A stretch of 43,646 nt of DNA from Octopus bimaculoides (lineage: Eukaryota): positions 188,633,654 to 188,677,299 of the forward strand of contig NC_068982.1 of assembly GCF_001194135.2 (NCBI RefSeq), in the 5' to 3' direction. This document shows, piece after piece, positions 24,775 through 36,649 of the stretch. Position numbers and translations under genes: made by a program. Position 1 is the stretch's first letter. The number at the start of each line of letters is the position of its first letter. The notes below the pieces were generated by a model. That model did not search any database. It was given only the letters and a program-made list of their open reading frames with translations, and was not told where the DNA came from.

Positions 24775-25170
24775 CTGGCCAGGTAACCATGTATCTCCCC
24801 TACAGCAAGACACCTGTTTCTGTCTCACTATAACCTTTCATCATCTGACACAAGATCCCCTCCTCTTGAGCGATCCTTGTCTTGAAAATTATTTGATGCC
24901 AGTGCTTGTGCCACTTAAAAAGCATCCAGTCCATACTGTAAAGTGGTTGGCATTTGGAAGGGCATCCAACTATGAAAAAAAAAAGCCATTCCAAAACTGA
25001 CCTCGCCTGTGCTTGTGCTACATAAAAAAACACTCAGTCCACTCTGGAGTGGTTGGTGTTAGGAAGAGCATCCAGCCATAAAAAAAGACTTGCCAAAACA
25101 CACACAGAAGTCTGGTACAGGCTCCTGCCTGGCCAGCACGGAAGGAGCATGTTAAACGATGATGATGATA
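24775..25170 (+). repeat. RTE-type 3' end with alternative 5' module and duplicated core
   Basis: aggtaaccatgtatctc module; gtggttgg...aagggcatcca occurs twice. Confidence 0.75.
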
Positions 25171-25171
25171 A

Positions 25172-25240
<69 letters not shown>

Positions 25241-25527
25241 TTGTATAAAAATATGCATGCGTATGTCTGCTGTGTTATATATGTTTGTGTGTGTCTAGTA
25301 CCAAAGGTCTTTTGGTTACATGTTGCTATTAATTATCAGTTTAAACAAACTGTGTGTGTGTGTGTGTGGCCTAGTTGTCTGCATATCAGATCATATTCTC
25401 CTTTTAGCATTTTTCTTCTGATTTTTTTTTTCTTTCCTTAGAAAGTTACGAGATTTATCACAGTAATTATTTTAATAAACTTACTATTCACCCTGCCATT
25501 ATCATGCTTCTTTTTCTTTCTCTCTCT

Positions 25528-25568
<41 letters not shown>

Positions 25569-25617
25569 ATATATATATATATTGTATACTATTCCATGAA
25601 GATAAGATCAACAAAAT

Positions 25618-26018
25618 AGGCGCAGGAGTGGCTCTGTGGTAAGTAGCTTGCTTACCAACCACATGGTTCCGGGTTCATTCCCACTGCGTGGCACCTTGGG
25701 CAAGTGTCTTCTACTATAGCCTCAGACCGACCAAAGCCTTGTGAGTGGATTTGGTAGACGGAAACTGAAAGAAGCCCATCATATATATGTTTATGTGTGT
25801 GTGTGTGTTTGTGTGTCTGTGTTTGTTCCCCCAATATCGCTTGACAACCGATGCTGGTTTGTTTACGTCCCCGTAACTTAGCAGTTCGGCAAAAGAGATC
25901 CGATAGAATAAGTACCAGGCTTACAAAGAATAACTCCTGGGGTCGATTTGCTCGACTAAAGACGGTGCTCCAGCATGACCATAGTCAAATGACTGAAACA
26001 AGTAAGAGAATAAAAGAA
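25618..26018 (+). mobile_element. Near full-length tRNA-derived SINE (family B) with internal microsatellite
   Basis: Box A TGGCTCTGTGG, box B GGTTCATTCCC, gcaccttgggcaagtg (CORE-like as recalled), (TA)/(TG)n, 3' half, A-rich tail. Confidence 0.9.
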
Positions 26019-26074
26019 TTTGAATAATATTGTTGAGGTGTGTGGGCTATATGGAACTAGCAAGTACCTAATTC

Positions 26075-26400
26075 AACTGAATCAACGGAACAGCCTGCTC
26101 GTGAAATTAGTGTGCAAGTGTACCCTTAATGTAGCTCTCGGGGAAGATTCAGCATGACACAGAGTGTGACAAGGCTGGCCCCTTTGAAATGCAGGTACAG
26201 CAGAAACAGGGAGAAAGAGTGAGAGAAAGTTGTGGTGAAAGAGTACAGCAGGGTTCACCACCCCCACTCACCCCTGTTGGAGCCTCGTGGAGATTTAGGT
26301 GTTTTCGCTCAATAAACACAACACCCAGTCTGAGAATTGAAACTGCAATCCTATAACCACGAGACTGCTGCCTTAACCACTGGGCCATTGCACCTCCACG
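26075..26400 (-). mobile_element. tRNA-derived SINE family D
   Basis: Minus strand TGGCCCAGTGGTTAAGG box A; body gattcagcatgacacagag shared with 9780. Confidence 0.75.
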
Positions 26401-26417
26401 ATATATATATATATATA

Positions 26418-26934
26418 NNNNNNNNNNNNNNNNNNNNNNNNNNNNNNNNNNNNNNNNNNNNNNNNNNNNNNNNNNNNNNNNNNNNNNNNNNNNNNNNNNN
26501 NNNNNNNNNNNNNNNNNNNNNNNNNNNNNNNNNNNNNNNNNNNNNNNNNNNNNNNNNNNNNNNNNNNNNNNNNNNNNNNNNNNNNNNNNNNNNNNNNNNN
26601 NNNNNNNNNNNNNNNNNNNNNNNNNNNNNNNNNNNNNNNNNNNNNNNNNNNNNNNNNNNNNNNNNNNNNNNNNNNNNNNNNNNNNNNNNNNNNNNNNNNN
26701 NNNNNNNNNNNNNNNNNNNNNNNNNNNNNNNNNNNNNNNNNNNNNNNNNNNNNNNNNNNNNNNNNNNNNNNNNNNNNNNNNNNNNNNNNNNNNNNNNNNN
26801 NNNNNNNNNNNNNNNNNNNNNNNNNNNNNNNNNNNNNNNNNNNNNNNNNNNNNNNNNNNNNNNNNNNNNNNNNNNNNNNNNNNNNNNNNNNNNNNNNNNN
26901 NNNNNNNNNNNNNNNNNNNNNNNNNNNNNNNNNN
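26418..26934. other. Assembly gap
   Basis: N run. Confidence 1.
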
Positions 26935-27050
26935 ATTTTGGCTCTTATTTCTAGCAATGTGGGTGTTTCCTAACACCCTAGTCACATCTAGTGACACTTA
27001 TAATTCTCTTTTTCAATGAATCATTGCAAACTACTGTTTATATTAATTTA

Positions 27051-27084
<34 letters not shown>

Positions 27085-27087
<3 letters not shown>

Positions 27088-27410
27088 CGAAAACAGATAA
27101 CAAAGCCAAGGCTGTGATGAGTTTTCAGGACATTTATAAGGAAAGAGATATAGTCTTACAGCTGTTTCTGGGATATTATGGATATCCCTTCATCAGAGAC
27201 GATGTGAGAGAGGTAAATGTTTGAGTTCGAAATAAGGAAATTATTATGGAAAAAGAGGAGATAGGGAAAATAGAGGGAAATAAGAGAAGGAAAGTAGAAA
27301 TAAAAATATAAAGATATTGTAGTTGCAGTTCCATTATTCGAGTAAAGTGGTGTTGTATAGAAGTGGTAAAAAGTTTCCTGTGCATGGTATGTAAGTTCCG
27401 ATACAATATA
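27085..27410 (-). mobile_element. Probable Penelope-like terminal repeat remnant
   Basis: Contains the 27153 hammerhead within a minus-strand pyrimidine-rich tract; no RT or GIY-YIG ORF seen. Confidence 0.4.
27153..27200 (-). ncRNA. Minimal type I hammerhead motif (Penelope-type)
   Basis: Minus strand: GUCU-CUGAUGA-A-GGGAUAU(ccaua)AUAUCCC-A-GAAAC-AGCU-GUA-AGAC. 4-bp stem I, 7-bp stem II, 2-bp stem III with palindromic loop. Predicted cut between 27157 and 27156. Confidence 0.7.
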
Positions 27411-28289
27411 TATATAATGTATCCAACTGATTAAAAAAATTTATTTATTTGTGCAGCTGAGGATAGCGCTGCATTTAAATTGATGTAATGATTGCATTGT
27501 TCAGTTAAATGGAGCTGCTTAAAATGATCGTACTGCATCACCTCTTGGCGTTAGGAAGGGCATCCAGCTGTAGAAACTCTGCCAAATTTAGTTTGGAGCC
27601 TGGTGTTGATGATATATATATATATATATATATAATCTTCATTTAAAAATGTATTAAATGTGTTTACCGGTTTTTAATTATTAACCTCTGCTTCATTATG
27701 TTTTAAAATTTGCTTTATTGTGTAACAGACTTCTGTGACTGGTACATGAATCTAAGTTGCCACAGTCCATGTTGGACTTGTCACCCAACTTACGTTATCA
27801 TTCTCACCCCTACACATACACCCACTCCAGACTGAAAAGCCAGATAAGGCCTTCAGGTCTGCTCAGTCGTGGCTAACTAATAAACAGAATACAAGCAAGA
27901 AATGAGTTGGTAGAACCTGCTTCAGTTAAAGGATTTGGGGAAACGGAGGCAGGTGATTTATAAAAACGTTGTTGTAGATTAAATGATGGAGCATGGTGCC
28001 GAGTACAGGAAGTCTTGATGGTTATGATGGGGAAAGTATAATTTTGGTAAATGTGAAGCTGTACTGAAGATTTTGAGAGAGTGAAAGAAGAAAAAAGCCC
28101 AAAAGAACTTGTTTGATAGTTGACTGTGAATTAAATTACACATAAAAGTGTCAATTTTCTAGTAGATAATACTTCAACTAAATCAAGCACGAGAAATTTG
28201 ATAAAATGCAGTTGTGTATGTGTATACTTGTGCATGGGTTTTGTGCTTGAGCATACAAGGGATATATATATATATATATATATAATATA

Positions 28290-28620
28290 TAAAAGGATAA
28301 AGAGAGCAATGGTAAAGTTGGAAATATATTTTATGGATAGTCTTACAGCTGTTTCTGGGAAGATCCAGTACTTCCCTTCATCGGAGACAGAAATAGTAAA
28401 GGAATCGATTATTATATCCATAGGCGGAGAGTTTTAGTATGAAGTGATAGTGAGTGTGATGTGCTGAAATTTATATCTGCACATGCTAATACACGACTTA
28501 TAATCCCCAATCCTGTTCATACGACGACTGGGGCAAAACTAGTCGGTATACAGCACTTACTCGGTATTACCTGTATACTCTTGGGTTTGGTTAAATCCAA
28601 TACCCTCCTCAACCTTATAT
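28290..28620 (-). mobile_element. Probable Penelope-like terminal repeat remnant
   Basis: Contains the 28340 hammerhead; flanked by (TA)n; no ORF evidence. Confidence 0.35.
28340..28388 (-). ncRNA. Second type I hammerhead motif (CCGAUGA variant)
   Basis: Minus strand: GUCU-CCGAUGA-A-GGGAAG(uacuggau)CUUCCC-A-GAAAC-AGCU-GUA-AGAC. Confidence 0.65.
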
Positions 28621-28631
28621 ATATATATACA

Positions 28632-29494
28632 TATGGTGCGATGAATAAATTGTCATCTAAATTACGCAAAAATGAAAATAATACTGGCATCTCATTTTAA
28701 GATATATTTATCAAAATTACATAAAAATATCTTGAAATACTAAAGAGTAAATTTATTCAATAAAATCGCCATTGGCCTCAACGACGGCCTCCAGGCAACT
28801 TTGGAATCTCCTTGTTTAAGTTGGTGAATGCTGCCATAATCCTTGCCTTCAGTTCATCTTTGGTGTGTCACAAGGAGTTAAAAAGTTTTGTTGGTCCCTC
28901 GTTCAACTGTGCCCCATGCATAATGACAAAGGGGGTTGCAGTCTGGGGAGTAATTGGCCAGATGTTAGGGGTGGTGTGATTGCAGAAATTGTCTGACAGC
29001 CATGACTGGGTTCTCCTGCTTCTGTGGCCTGGTGCAGAGTCCTGTTGCCAGACATAGGGTCCTCTAGCAGCCACCTTCTTGACCCAAGGCAGCACTACCT
29101 CCAGGCACTTGATGTAGGCCTCCATTCTGAGGCCATGTTGGAAGATGAATGGAGGCATAACGTCGCCATCACCAGTGATCACTCCAAACACCATGATGTT
29201 GACTGGATATTTGATTTTTATCATTCTTGGGGCATGTTCTCAGCTTCTACTGTCCTCAGATTGACACCTAAACATTGTGAAATGTTTGTATTGGAACTTC
29301 TGGTACGAATGCCAAACCATACAGCATGTCATTTCCAAATTTCTGGCAGAGTGAACTGCATCATAGTGCTGTTTTTCTTACAGACAGTGCCCAACTGCCC
29401 CTACTACACTGTGTAGTCAATAAAATCAAAAACAAACAATGCACATGCGCAAATTAAAAATATAAAATGACAACAATTTACCCGTCGCACCCTG
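28632..29494 (-). mobile_element. Internally deleted Tc1/mariner element, DD37D (maT)-like
   Basis: ORF 28868-29224 has VMVFGVI, YVWQQDSAPGH and PNIWP motifs. Imperfect TIRs (CAGGGTGCGACGGGTAAATTGT right end, decayed left end); TA at the right end. Confidence 0.85.
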
Positions 29495-29512
29495 TATATA
29501 TATATCTATCTA

Positions 29513-29555
<43 letters not shown>

Positions 29556-30549
29556 AATATATCTGACCTCCGTCTCTGTTCCTGTACTTCTCTCCTCTTC
29601 CTTTCCCTCTTTTCTAATCCATTTCCAGCTTTATTATTCCGATGCTCTCCATCCTTCCTCTGCTGCCACTCATCACCTCCCACTTCCTGAAATGTTTCTT
29701 TTACCTCCTTTACCCTTAATATTGATACATTAACCATTGATCGCATCTCCATCCTTGTACATGATTCACTACATTAACCTCTGACCCCCATCTATGCATA
29801 CATGTCACTCTCCTCTGAACGGCGTAATATTTTTACATTACACCACATGTGAGATAAGGGTCACAAAGGTAGCATTAGATACCCATGTCCCACCAGAGGG
29901 TTGTGTGGTTCATGTCACATCCTAGATATCACACAACACACCCATGGCTAATTAAAAATTTTGGGGGTTTTTTTTCTATTGAAAGATATCGAAATCTTTT
30001 CAAAAAGAACTATTTTGGTTTCCATGGCAAGTAAAATATTTTTCATTCCATTCTGTTTCTATTGGAAAATCTACCAATTTTTTTTCAAAATGAATTATTT
30101 TGGTTTCATTGACAAATAAAATTTTGTCAATATTCAGTCTTTTATTTTACCTCCATTACAAGATGAAATCAGAAGAAAGACGAAAGAAATCTATAAAAAA
30201 TTGTTTCTCTTAGTGTAACAAAAGGACAAATCAAAGCAATCGGAGCATTCCAGCTCTCAGGAAGCCCTTAGGAAAGAGATTAAAAAAACAACCTGCTGGT
30301 GGGTCATGCAGGACTCGCTGACAGACCACCATGCCCCACTGGCAGGACATGTGGGAGTCAACGTGTTCAACAAACAAGAATTTCATCTCCATCTACTTTT
30401 AAGATTTAATGTTTTATACATGTTCAAACTTGTGTGACAGCCATTGTGTTAATAGAAATATATATATGCCAGATCTACAACGATTTGTTTAGTTCCAGTT
30501 GAAACTAAATAATCTCTTTTTTTTTTCCTTTTCTCTTTTTATTTATTAG

Positions 30550-30609
30550 GCCTCTTGTCTAAATAAAAAAATCAACATTGGTGGCAAACGAGTGAATTTA
30601 TCTCTTTGG
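30550..30609 (+). CDS. RAB21: Rab21 internal coding exon (switch I/interswitch), ASCLNKKINIGGKRVNLSLW
   Basis: 60-bp phase 0/0 exon after a pyrimidine tract and TTAG, followed by GTAAGT. Translation matches Rab21 as recalled (ASFLTKKLNIGGKRVNLAIW) and joins in frame to DTAGQE at 40314. Not in the ORF track. Confidence 0.9.
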
Positions 30610-31009
30610 GTAAGTTTTGATACATTTTATTTGGCCACCATTAAAGTGATTCCTCTTTATATTGTTTGTATTTTATTTGTAATTAACACAATTAACCCAA
30701 TCAGTTGAGTTGTTGAATGAGGAGGATAAGTGCAACCTCTCTGAGGAAGGAGTCCCATGAGGTGGGGTTGGCTGCTGTAGCAAGTGTTGCTAGACATTCT
30801 CCACAGCAACACCATCACAGCCATGTCCACAGGATGAAGCTGAACACTCCATTTGTTCTGGGGGTGTACATCCTACCCCCAGCTTCTGCTGCTTAATCCC
30901 CGCACTCCACCCAGTTTTTCTTTTTCTTTGTTTTCTTACAATTAAATTAAGTATACCTGGCATTTTACCACCATCTATTATGTTCTCTCTTTCTCTCTCT
31001 CTCTCCACC

Positions 31010-31468
31010 TTCGGCTGAGTAAACCTTGTACCTCTTCTACAGCAAGACACTTGTTTCTCTCTTACTATAACCTTTCATCATCTGACACAAGATTCCCTCC
31101 TCCAATGCCCCTCCCCTCTCAAAAGATTTTTTTGTCTTGCTAATTACTTGGTGACCCTGTCAGTGCAGGGGCCACTTAAAAAGCATCCAGTCCACACTGT
31201 AAAGTGGTTGGCATTTGGAAGGGCATCCAGCTGTAAAAACCTTGCCAAAACTGACCTCACCTGTGCTTGTGTCATATGAAAAGCACTAAGTCCACTCTGC
31301 CGAGTGGTTGGTGTTAGGAAGAGCATCCAGCTGCAAAAATCCTGCTGCCAAAACAGTCTCAGAAGTCTGGTGCAGGCTTCTGCTTGGCCAGCTCCTGTCG
31401 ATCACTCTTACCCATTCCAGCATGGAAGGCACACGTTAAACGATAATGAGGATGATGATGATGATGAT
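31010..31468 (+). repeat. RTE-type 3' end with alternative 5' module and duplicated core
   Basis: Collinear with 24775-25170. Confidence 0.75.
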
Positions 31469-32009
31469 TCAAAATGAAAATTTTCAAACTATGTGGTGGA
31501 CCGAGATATGCTTTGCTGCATACCATTTGGGAATCACTTCGTTAATGACTGCTACTCACATGAACTATTGTATTTAGATGTTGAATTGTTTTTAAAAAAA
31601 CTAATTACTATTTGGGGAGGGTGGGGGGTCCTATGAATCTTTTTTCTTTGTTGTTGAGTATGATTTCAATTAACTTTTTAATTGCAAATTCTTCTACATC
31701 TAAGTGATGTTATATTGTTTGTATGACTTCATGACACCAGAGTGTAATGTGTTGTTGTGAAGTCATTCATGACTTGCTGCTGGTTTGATCTTTTTTGTGT
31801 TTTTTTTTTAAATATGGCTTTGTTGGTAAAAGGGACAGGGATGTGGCTTTAACAAGTCTGCCCCCTCCCAAGATTGATGTGGTTTGTACTCAGCTTGAGC
31901 ACCTGTGAGTTAATGGTTGTAGGTTGTAAGAAGAACAAGGAATTCCAGAAAGTTGTTGATTTTCCTGTGAAAGAACCATTAGACACAGTGGAGATTTCTA
32001 TGGAGGAAA

Positions 32010-32330
32010 TCATAGGCATGGCCAATGCCAGTGTCCTGCAACTGACCCATTAAGAGCACCCCTTCAACCATTGGGCAATATGCTGTGCTTGTGAAGACCT
32101 GTCGAACCGAGTGAAATCATAGTTGTGGCCGATGCCAGTGCCATCTGACTGGCACCTAAAATACACTGTTTAAGTGTTGGGCCTCATGGAGGCAGTGACA
32201 GGTGACCGAGACCTTTGGTGATATACCATGCTTGTGTTGAGCTGTGAAGCCAAGTGAGACCGTAGTCGTGGCTGATGCTGGTGTCAGGTCAATGGCATGT
32301 AAAAAATAACACCCACTACACTCTGAGTGG
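32010..32330 (+). repeat. Rearranged RTE 3' end fragment
   Basis: UTR subrepeat runs into the ttgggcctca coding-end segment. Confidence 0.6.
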
Positions 32331-33677
32331 GTATGAAACTAGCCTCTTCAGAGGAGCAAACACCGTTGAAGCCTTCTCGCTTATGCTTTGGGAAAAGCAT
32401 GATCATCATGGCTTCAAATACTCCTTTGCAAAAATTTGGCTTATCATACACTCATTGTTTCAGTAAAACCAGAGATGCTATCTGACCCTCTCTCCAACAC
32501 TCCACCTATCCCATTCTCACATCCTCATCACCCTACTAGCTCTCTTGAGATGCATGCATGTTCCTCATTCTATTCCTCACGTCACTGTTTGGTGCCCAAC
32601 ATCCACATTGTGTACTCTCTCATCATTTATTGCCGGTCACCAGGCCCTCACCCTCACCCCCTCTGTAATGCTGGTGCTACTATAAGATGCACCCAGTTAA
32701 GTGTTGGGATCAAGAGGCCCGTTTAGCCTGGTCAAAAGCATAACAACCTTTCTAGTAATGGTGCTACAAGAAAAAAGAAAAAAACAACACCAGTGGTCAG
32801 TGTTAGGAATGGTCATCCAGTTATAGGCAAATATCAGAGATGTAACTCTCTGATGCAGCAAGTAGAGCAGTGACCTGTCCACTTCCATTGCCAGCATGGC
32901 AAGTGAAACCGAAACAGTGGTTGAGGAGAGGGCAGAGAGGCAAGGTGTCAGAGTTTCTCTGCAGAAAGTGGAGACGGACAGATTGCAGAGTTCTTCTCTG
33001 TGAATTAGTATTTGGAAGATAAGTGGTGATGTATTGTGTAATTAAAGTTAAATGAAATAAATAAATAAATAAAGTCTGTCAAGCAGGTGGCCTTCAAATG
33101 CTCTACATATGTAATGACCTAATATATTATTCTGCCATATATATATATATATATATTCTGCTATATATACATATTTCTAGAGAAGTGAACTTTACCTGCA
33201 ACTCCAGTGACCTACTACAGCTTCTCAAGCATGATTGAGATGAAATAATTAGATAAAGTTGAAAAGGCATTTTAAAATTTAAAAGACAGCTAATTTTTTT
33301 TATTAATAACAGAATATATTGTATTTCTATGTTAAGCAGAAACATAGAAATTATTCAGAAGAGTGTTTAAAAGCTGTCTTGACTCTCTCTGTGACTCACA
33401 TCAAGTAATGATTCAGCTGACATTTCTTAACCTAATTTCAAATTAGCAATCGTCATTGTTGTCCTTATTTTTATCTTTCTCGTTCTGGGCTGCAAACTAT
33501 AATTAATTTCAGTATTTTAGATGTGAAGGCATTTGATGATTTACTATTTGTTATTAATTCATAGATTCTTAGCCACCCCCACCATGACCCCCACCCCACC
33601 CTTGGTGGCAGTGGGGGTTGTTTACTAATTGCTTGGTTAAGCTCAGTCGATAAAAGCTTTTCATCTTACTACTGGAC

Positions 33678-33752
33678 ACATCATCATCCTCATCATCATC
33701 CTCATCATCATCCTCATCATCATCCTCATCATCATCCTCATCATTATCATCG
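33678..33752. repeat. (TCATCATCATCC)n repeat
   Basis: Direct inspection. Confidence 0.9.
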
Positions 33753-33929
33753 TTTAATTGCCCCATATTTCTGTTGAAAAAATACTACGTTTTTAAATTA
33801 CTATTTTTGAATCTCACAAGATACACACACGCACACACACACACACATACACACACACACACACACATACACACGCACACACACACACACACACACGCAC
33901 ACACATACGCGTGCACAATGGACTTCTTC

Positions 33930-34110
33930 TCGTTTCATTATTATTTAACACCAGTTTTCCATAGTGGCATGGGCTGGAGGTTTGACAGGAGCTGATAAGG
34001 CCAGGGCCCACACCAAGTCCCAGTTGTCTGCTCTGGCATGGTTTCTACAGCTGGATGCCCTTCTTAATGCCAACCTCTTTACAGATTGTACTGGATGCTT
34101 TTTACGTGGC
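33930..34110 (-). repeat. RTE 3' UTR fragment
   Basis: ctacagctggatgcccttcttaatgccaacc core. Confidence 0.75.
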
Positions 34111-34129
34111 ACCATCCCCTATCTATCAG

Positions 34130-34258
34130 ATCCACTCACAAGGTTTCTGGTTAGCCTAGGGCTGTAGTAGAAAACAGTTGCCCAAGGTTCCATGCAGTGG
34201 GACTGAACCTGAAACCATGTGTTTGGAAAACCTGTTTCCTAACCACACAGCCATGCCA
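34130..34258 (-). mobile_element. Family B SINE head
   Basis: cagtgggactgaacctgaaaccatgtg. Confidence 0.7.
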
Positions 34259-34457
34259 ACACCTCTCTCTCTCTTCGGGTGAAGTCATGGTCCATTTGTG
34301 TCTAACAGTGTAGACTCTGTTCAATGTAGCCAGGTAACCATGTGATGGTGTTATTAAAACTCTCTTCTAATTATGTTGAAAGAGCTTATTACAAATGATT
34401 GATATTTGCAAGCTACAAGCCTCTACTCATTGCAAATGTGGTTTTATTGTGTTTTTT

Positions 34458-34575
34458 TATCATCATTATTATTATCATTATTATTATTATTATTATTCTT
34501 CTTATTATTATTATTATTATTATTACTGTCATTGTTATTATCATTATCATCATCATTATTATTATTGTTATTATT
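34458..34575. repeat. (TAT/CAT)n microsatellite
   Basis: Direct inspection. Confidence 0.9.
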
Positions 34576-34821
34576 CAGTTTATTTCAGTTGCTTTGCTGA
34601 CAATAGACTTCCTCTGCTATTTCATGCTTGAATGATTAGCAGTCAGAAGTTTATGTAAAATTCTAATCCTTGCCACAGAAATCGAACGTTTTAAAAACAA
34701 ACAGGGTGGAAAATACAAACACAACCAAAACTTTGCCTGAACCGGAATCGTAGAGAGTTGAGTGATGTTTTTGTTACTCCTCTACACAACCTGTTCATTA
34801 TTCATTATTGATCCTGTTTGA

Positions 34822-35345
34822 TTGAGGAGTGACTGTGTGGTAAGAAGCTTGCTTACCAACCACATGGTTCCGGGTTCAGTCCCACTACGTGGCACCTTGG
34901 GCAAGTGTCTTCTACCATAGCGCTTCAGGCTGACCAAAGCCTTGTGAGTGGATTTGGTAGACGGAAACTGAAAGAAGCCCGTCGTATATATATGTATATA
35001 TATNNNNNNNNNNNNNNNNNNNNNNNNNNNNNNNNNNNNNNNNNNNNNNNNNNNNNNNNNNNNNNNNNNNNNNNNNNNNNNNNNNNNNNNNNNNNNNNNN
35101 NNNNNNNNNNNNNNNNNNNNNNNNNNNNNNNNNNNNNNNNNNNNNNNNNNNNNNNNNNNNNNNNNNNNNNNNNNNNNNNNNNNNNNNNNNNNNNNNNNNN
35201 NNNNNNNNNNNNNNNNNNNNNNNNNNNNNNNNNNNNNNNNNNNNNNNNNNNNNNNNNNNNNNNNNNNNNNNNNNNNNNNNNNNNNNNNNNNNTATATATA
35301 TTTATATATGTGTGTGTGCATGTGTTTATGTGTCTGTGCTTGTTC
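34822..35345 (+). mobile_element. Family B SINE spanning an N gap
   Basis: Head and body match 25618; gap lies in the internal microsatellite. Confidence 0.85.
35004..35292. other. Assembly gap
   Basis: N run. Confidence 1.
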
Positions 35346-35377
35346 CCCCCCTACCCACCCCACCATCGCATATATAA

Positions 35378-35530
35378 TGGGCTTCTTTCAGTTTCCATTT
35401 ACCAAATCTACTGACAAGGCTTTGGTTGGCCTGAGGTTATAGTATAAGGCATTTGACCATGGTGCCATGCAGTGGGACTGAATCCGGAACCATGTGGTTA
35501 CAAAACAAGCTTCTTACTACACAGCCATAA
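35378..35530 (-). mobile_element. Family B SINE head facing the 34822 copy
   Basis: gggcttctttcagtttcc...cagtgggactgaatccggaaccatgtgg. Confidence 0.8.
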
Positions 35531-35879
35531 CTAATTGTAGATCTACTTGATTACATTGGTCAGGTGTAGGTTGAACAGGTGAATAACTCGAATCATTAAT
35601 AACTTGGGGAAATCCGATTCAGAATCTAAAGAGCTGGAACCAGGTACAGCTAGGAATCTCGCCTGATTTTCTTACTCATGCCCATAAAAAATATGAAAGG
35701 TAAAGTTTACCTCAGCAGGATTTGAACTCAGACAGAAAACAGCCAGAACAAATTCTACAAGCTATTTTATCCAGCATTCAAAATAACAATCTACCAATCG
35801 GTTGTTTATTTTCACAAGTTAAACTAAAACATTCGCACATTGTTAATAAAGACAGTTTAAATTTGTAAGCGCAGATGGG

Positions 35880-36440
35880 ACATTGTGTGAATGACTTTTG
35901 TTAAGAGTGACTCTCATGGCTTCTTATCTTAACTGATTGGAAGTGTTATCATGTACATTGTTTTGTCTTGGCATAAAAGATGGGCTACAACAAATATTCT
36001 TCTCCATACCACAGATTTGTTTGTCAGTTGTTTGACCTTAACCAGGTGAACATGTCTTTTTGTGGCTGAAGATATGTGCATCTCTGATTACAAGGCATAG
36101 TGGGGGAGTTTTATAGCCATGTGCTGAGAGGAATTCTCTGAGGTTTGAATAATTCACCTGGTGTTTTATTCATCATCCTTAAACAGTCCTTATTCAGGGA
36201 TCTTTTGAGCAGGATGGGCTACTCAACCTGAAGAAAATTCTAACTGGGCCCCACCTGCAAGGTCATACGCTGTTTATCTTGATATGAGGTCACCCTGTCG
36301 TACACCAGGGATCACAGTAAGTGACACCTGGTGTACCCTTATCAGACGAGTAGTCATGATGGGTAGATTGGGCTTTGGATATTTCACTTTGATGGTGTTT
36401 GCTGGTCTTTCTCTGAATAATAATGATAATAATAATAATA
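35880..36440. repeat. Unclassified interspersed-repeat-like segment ending in (AAT)n
   Basis: Composition shift and simple-repeat tail; only one copy in the window. Confidence 0.3.
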
Positions 36441-36649
36441 GGTTTCTTCTTAAAGCGCTAGGCCAGCACTTTTGAGAGGAAAGGCCAGTTAGTTACATCA
36501 ATCCTCCTACTTGAAAAGTACTTTATTTTATCAACCTCGAAAGAATAAAATGCAAAAACAACTTTGGCAGAATTTTGAACCCAGAGCTGGAAGAAATGTC
36601 GCTAAACATTTTGTCTGACTCTCTAACAATTCAGCCAGCTTGCACACAT

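Noticed and set aside
33569-34635. Asp/Glu-rich, poly-Tyr, poly-Ile and poly-Leu ORFs
   Set aside because: Translations of trinucleotide microsatellites.
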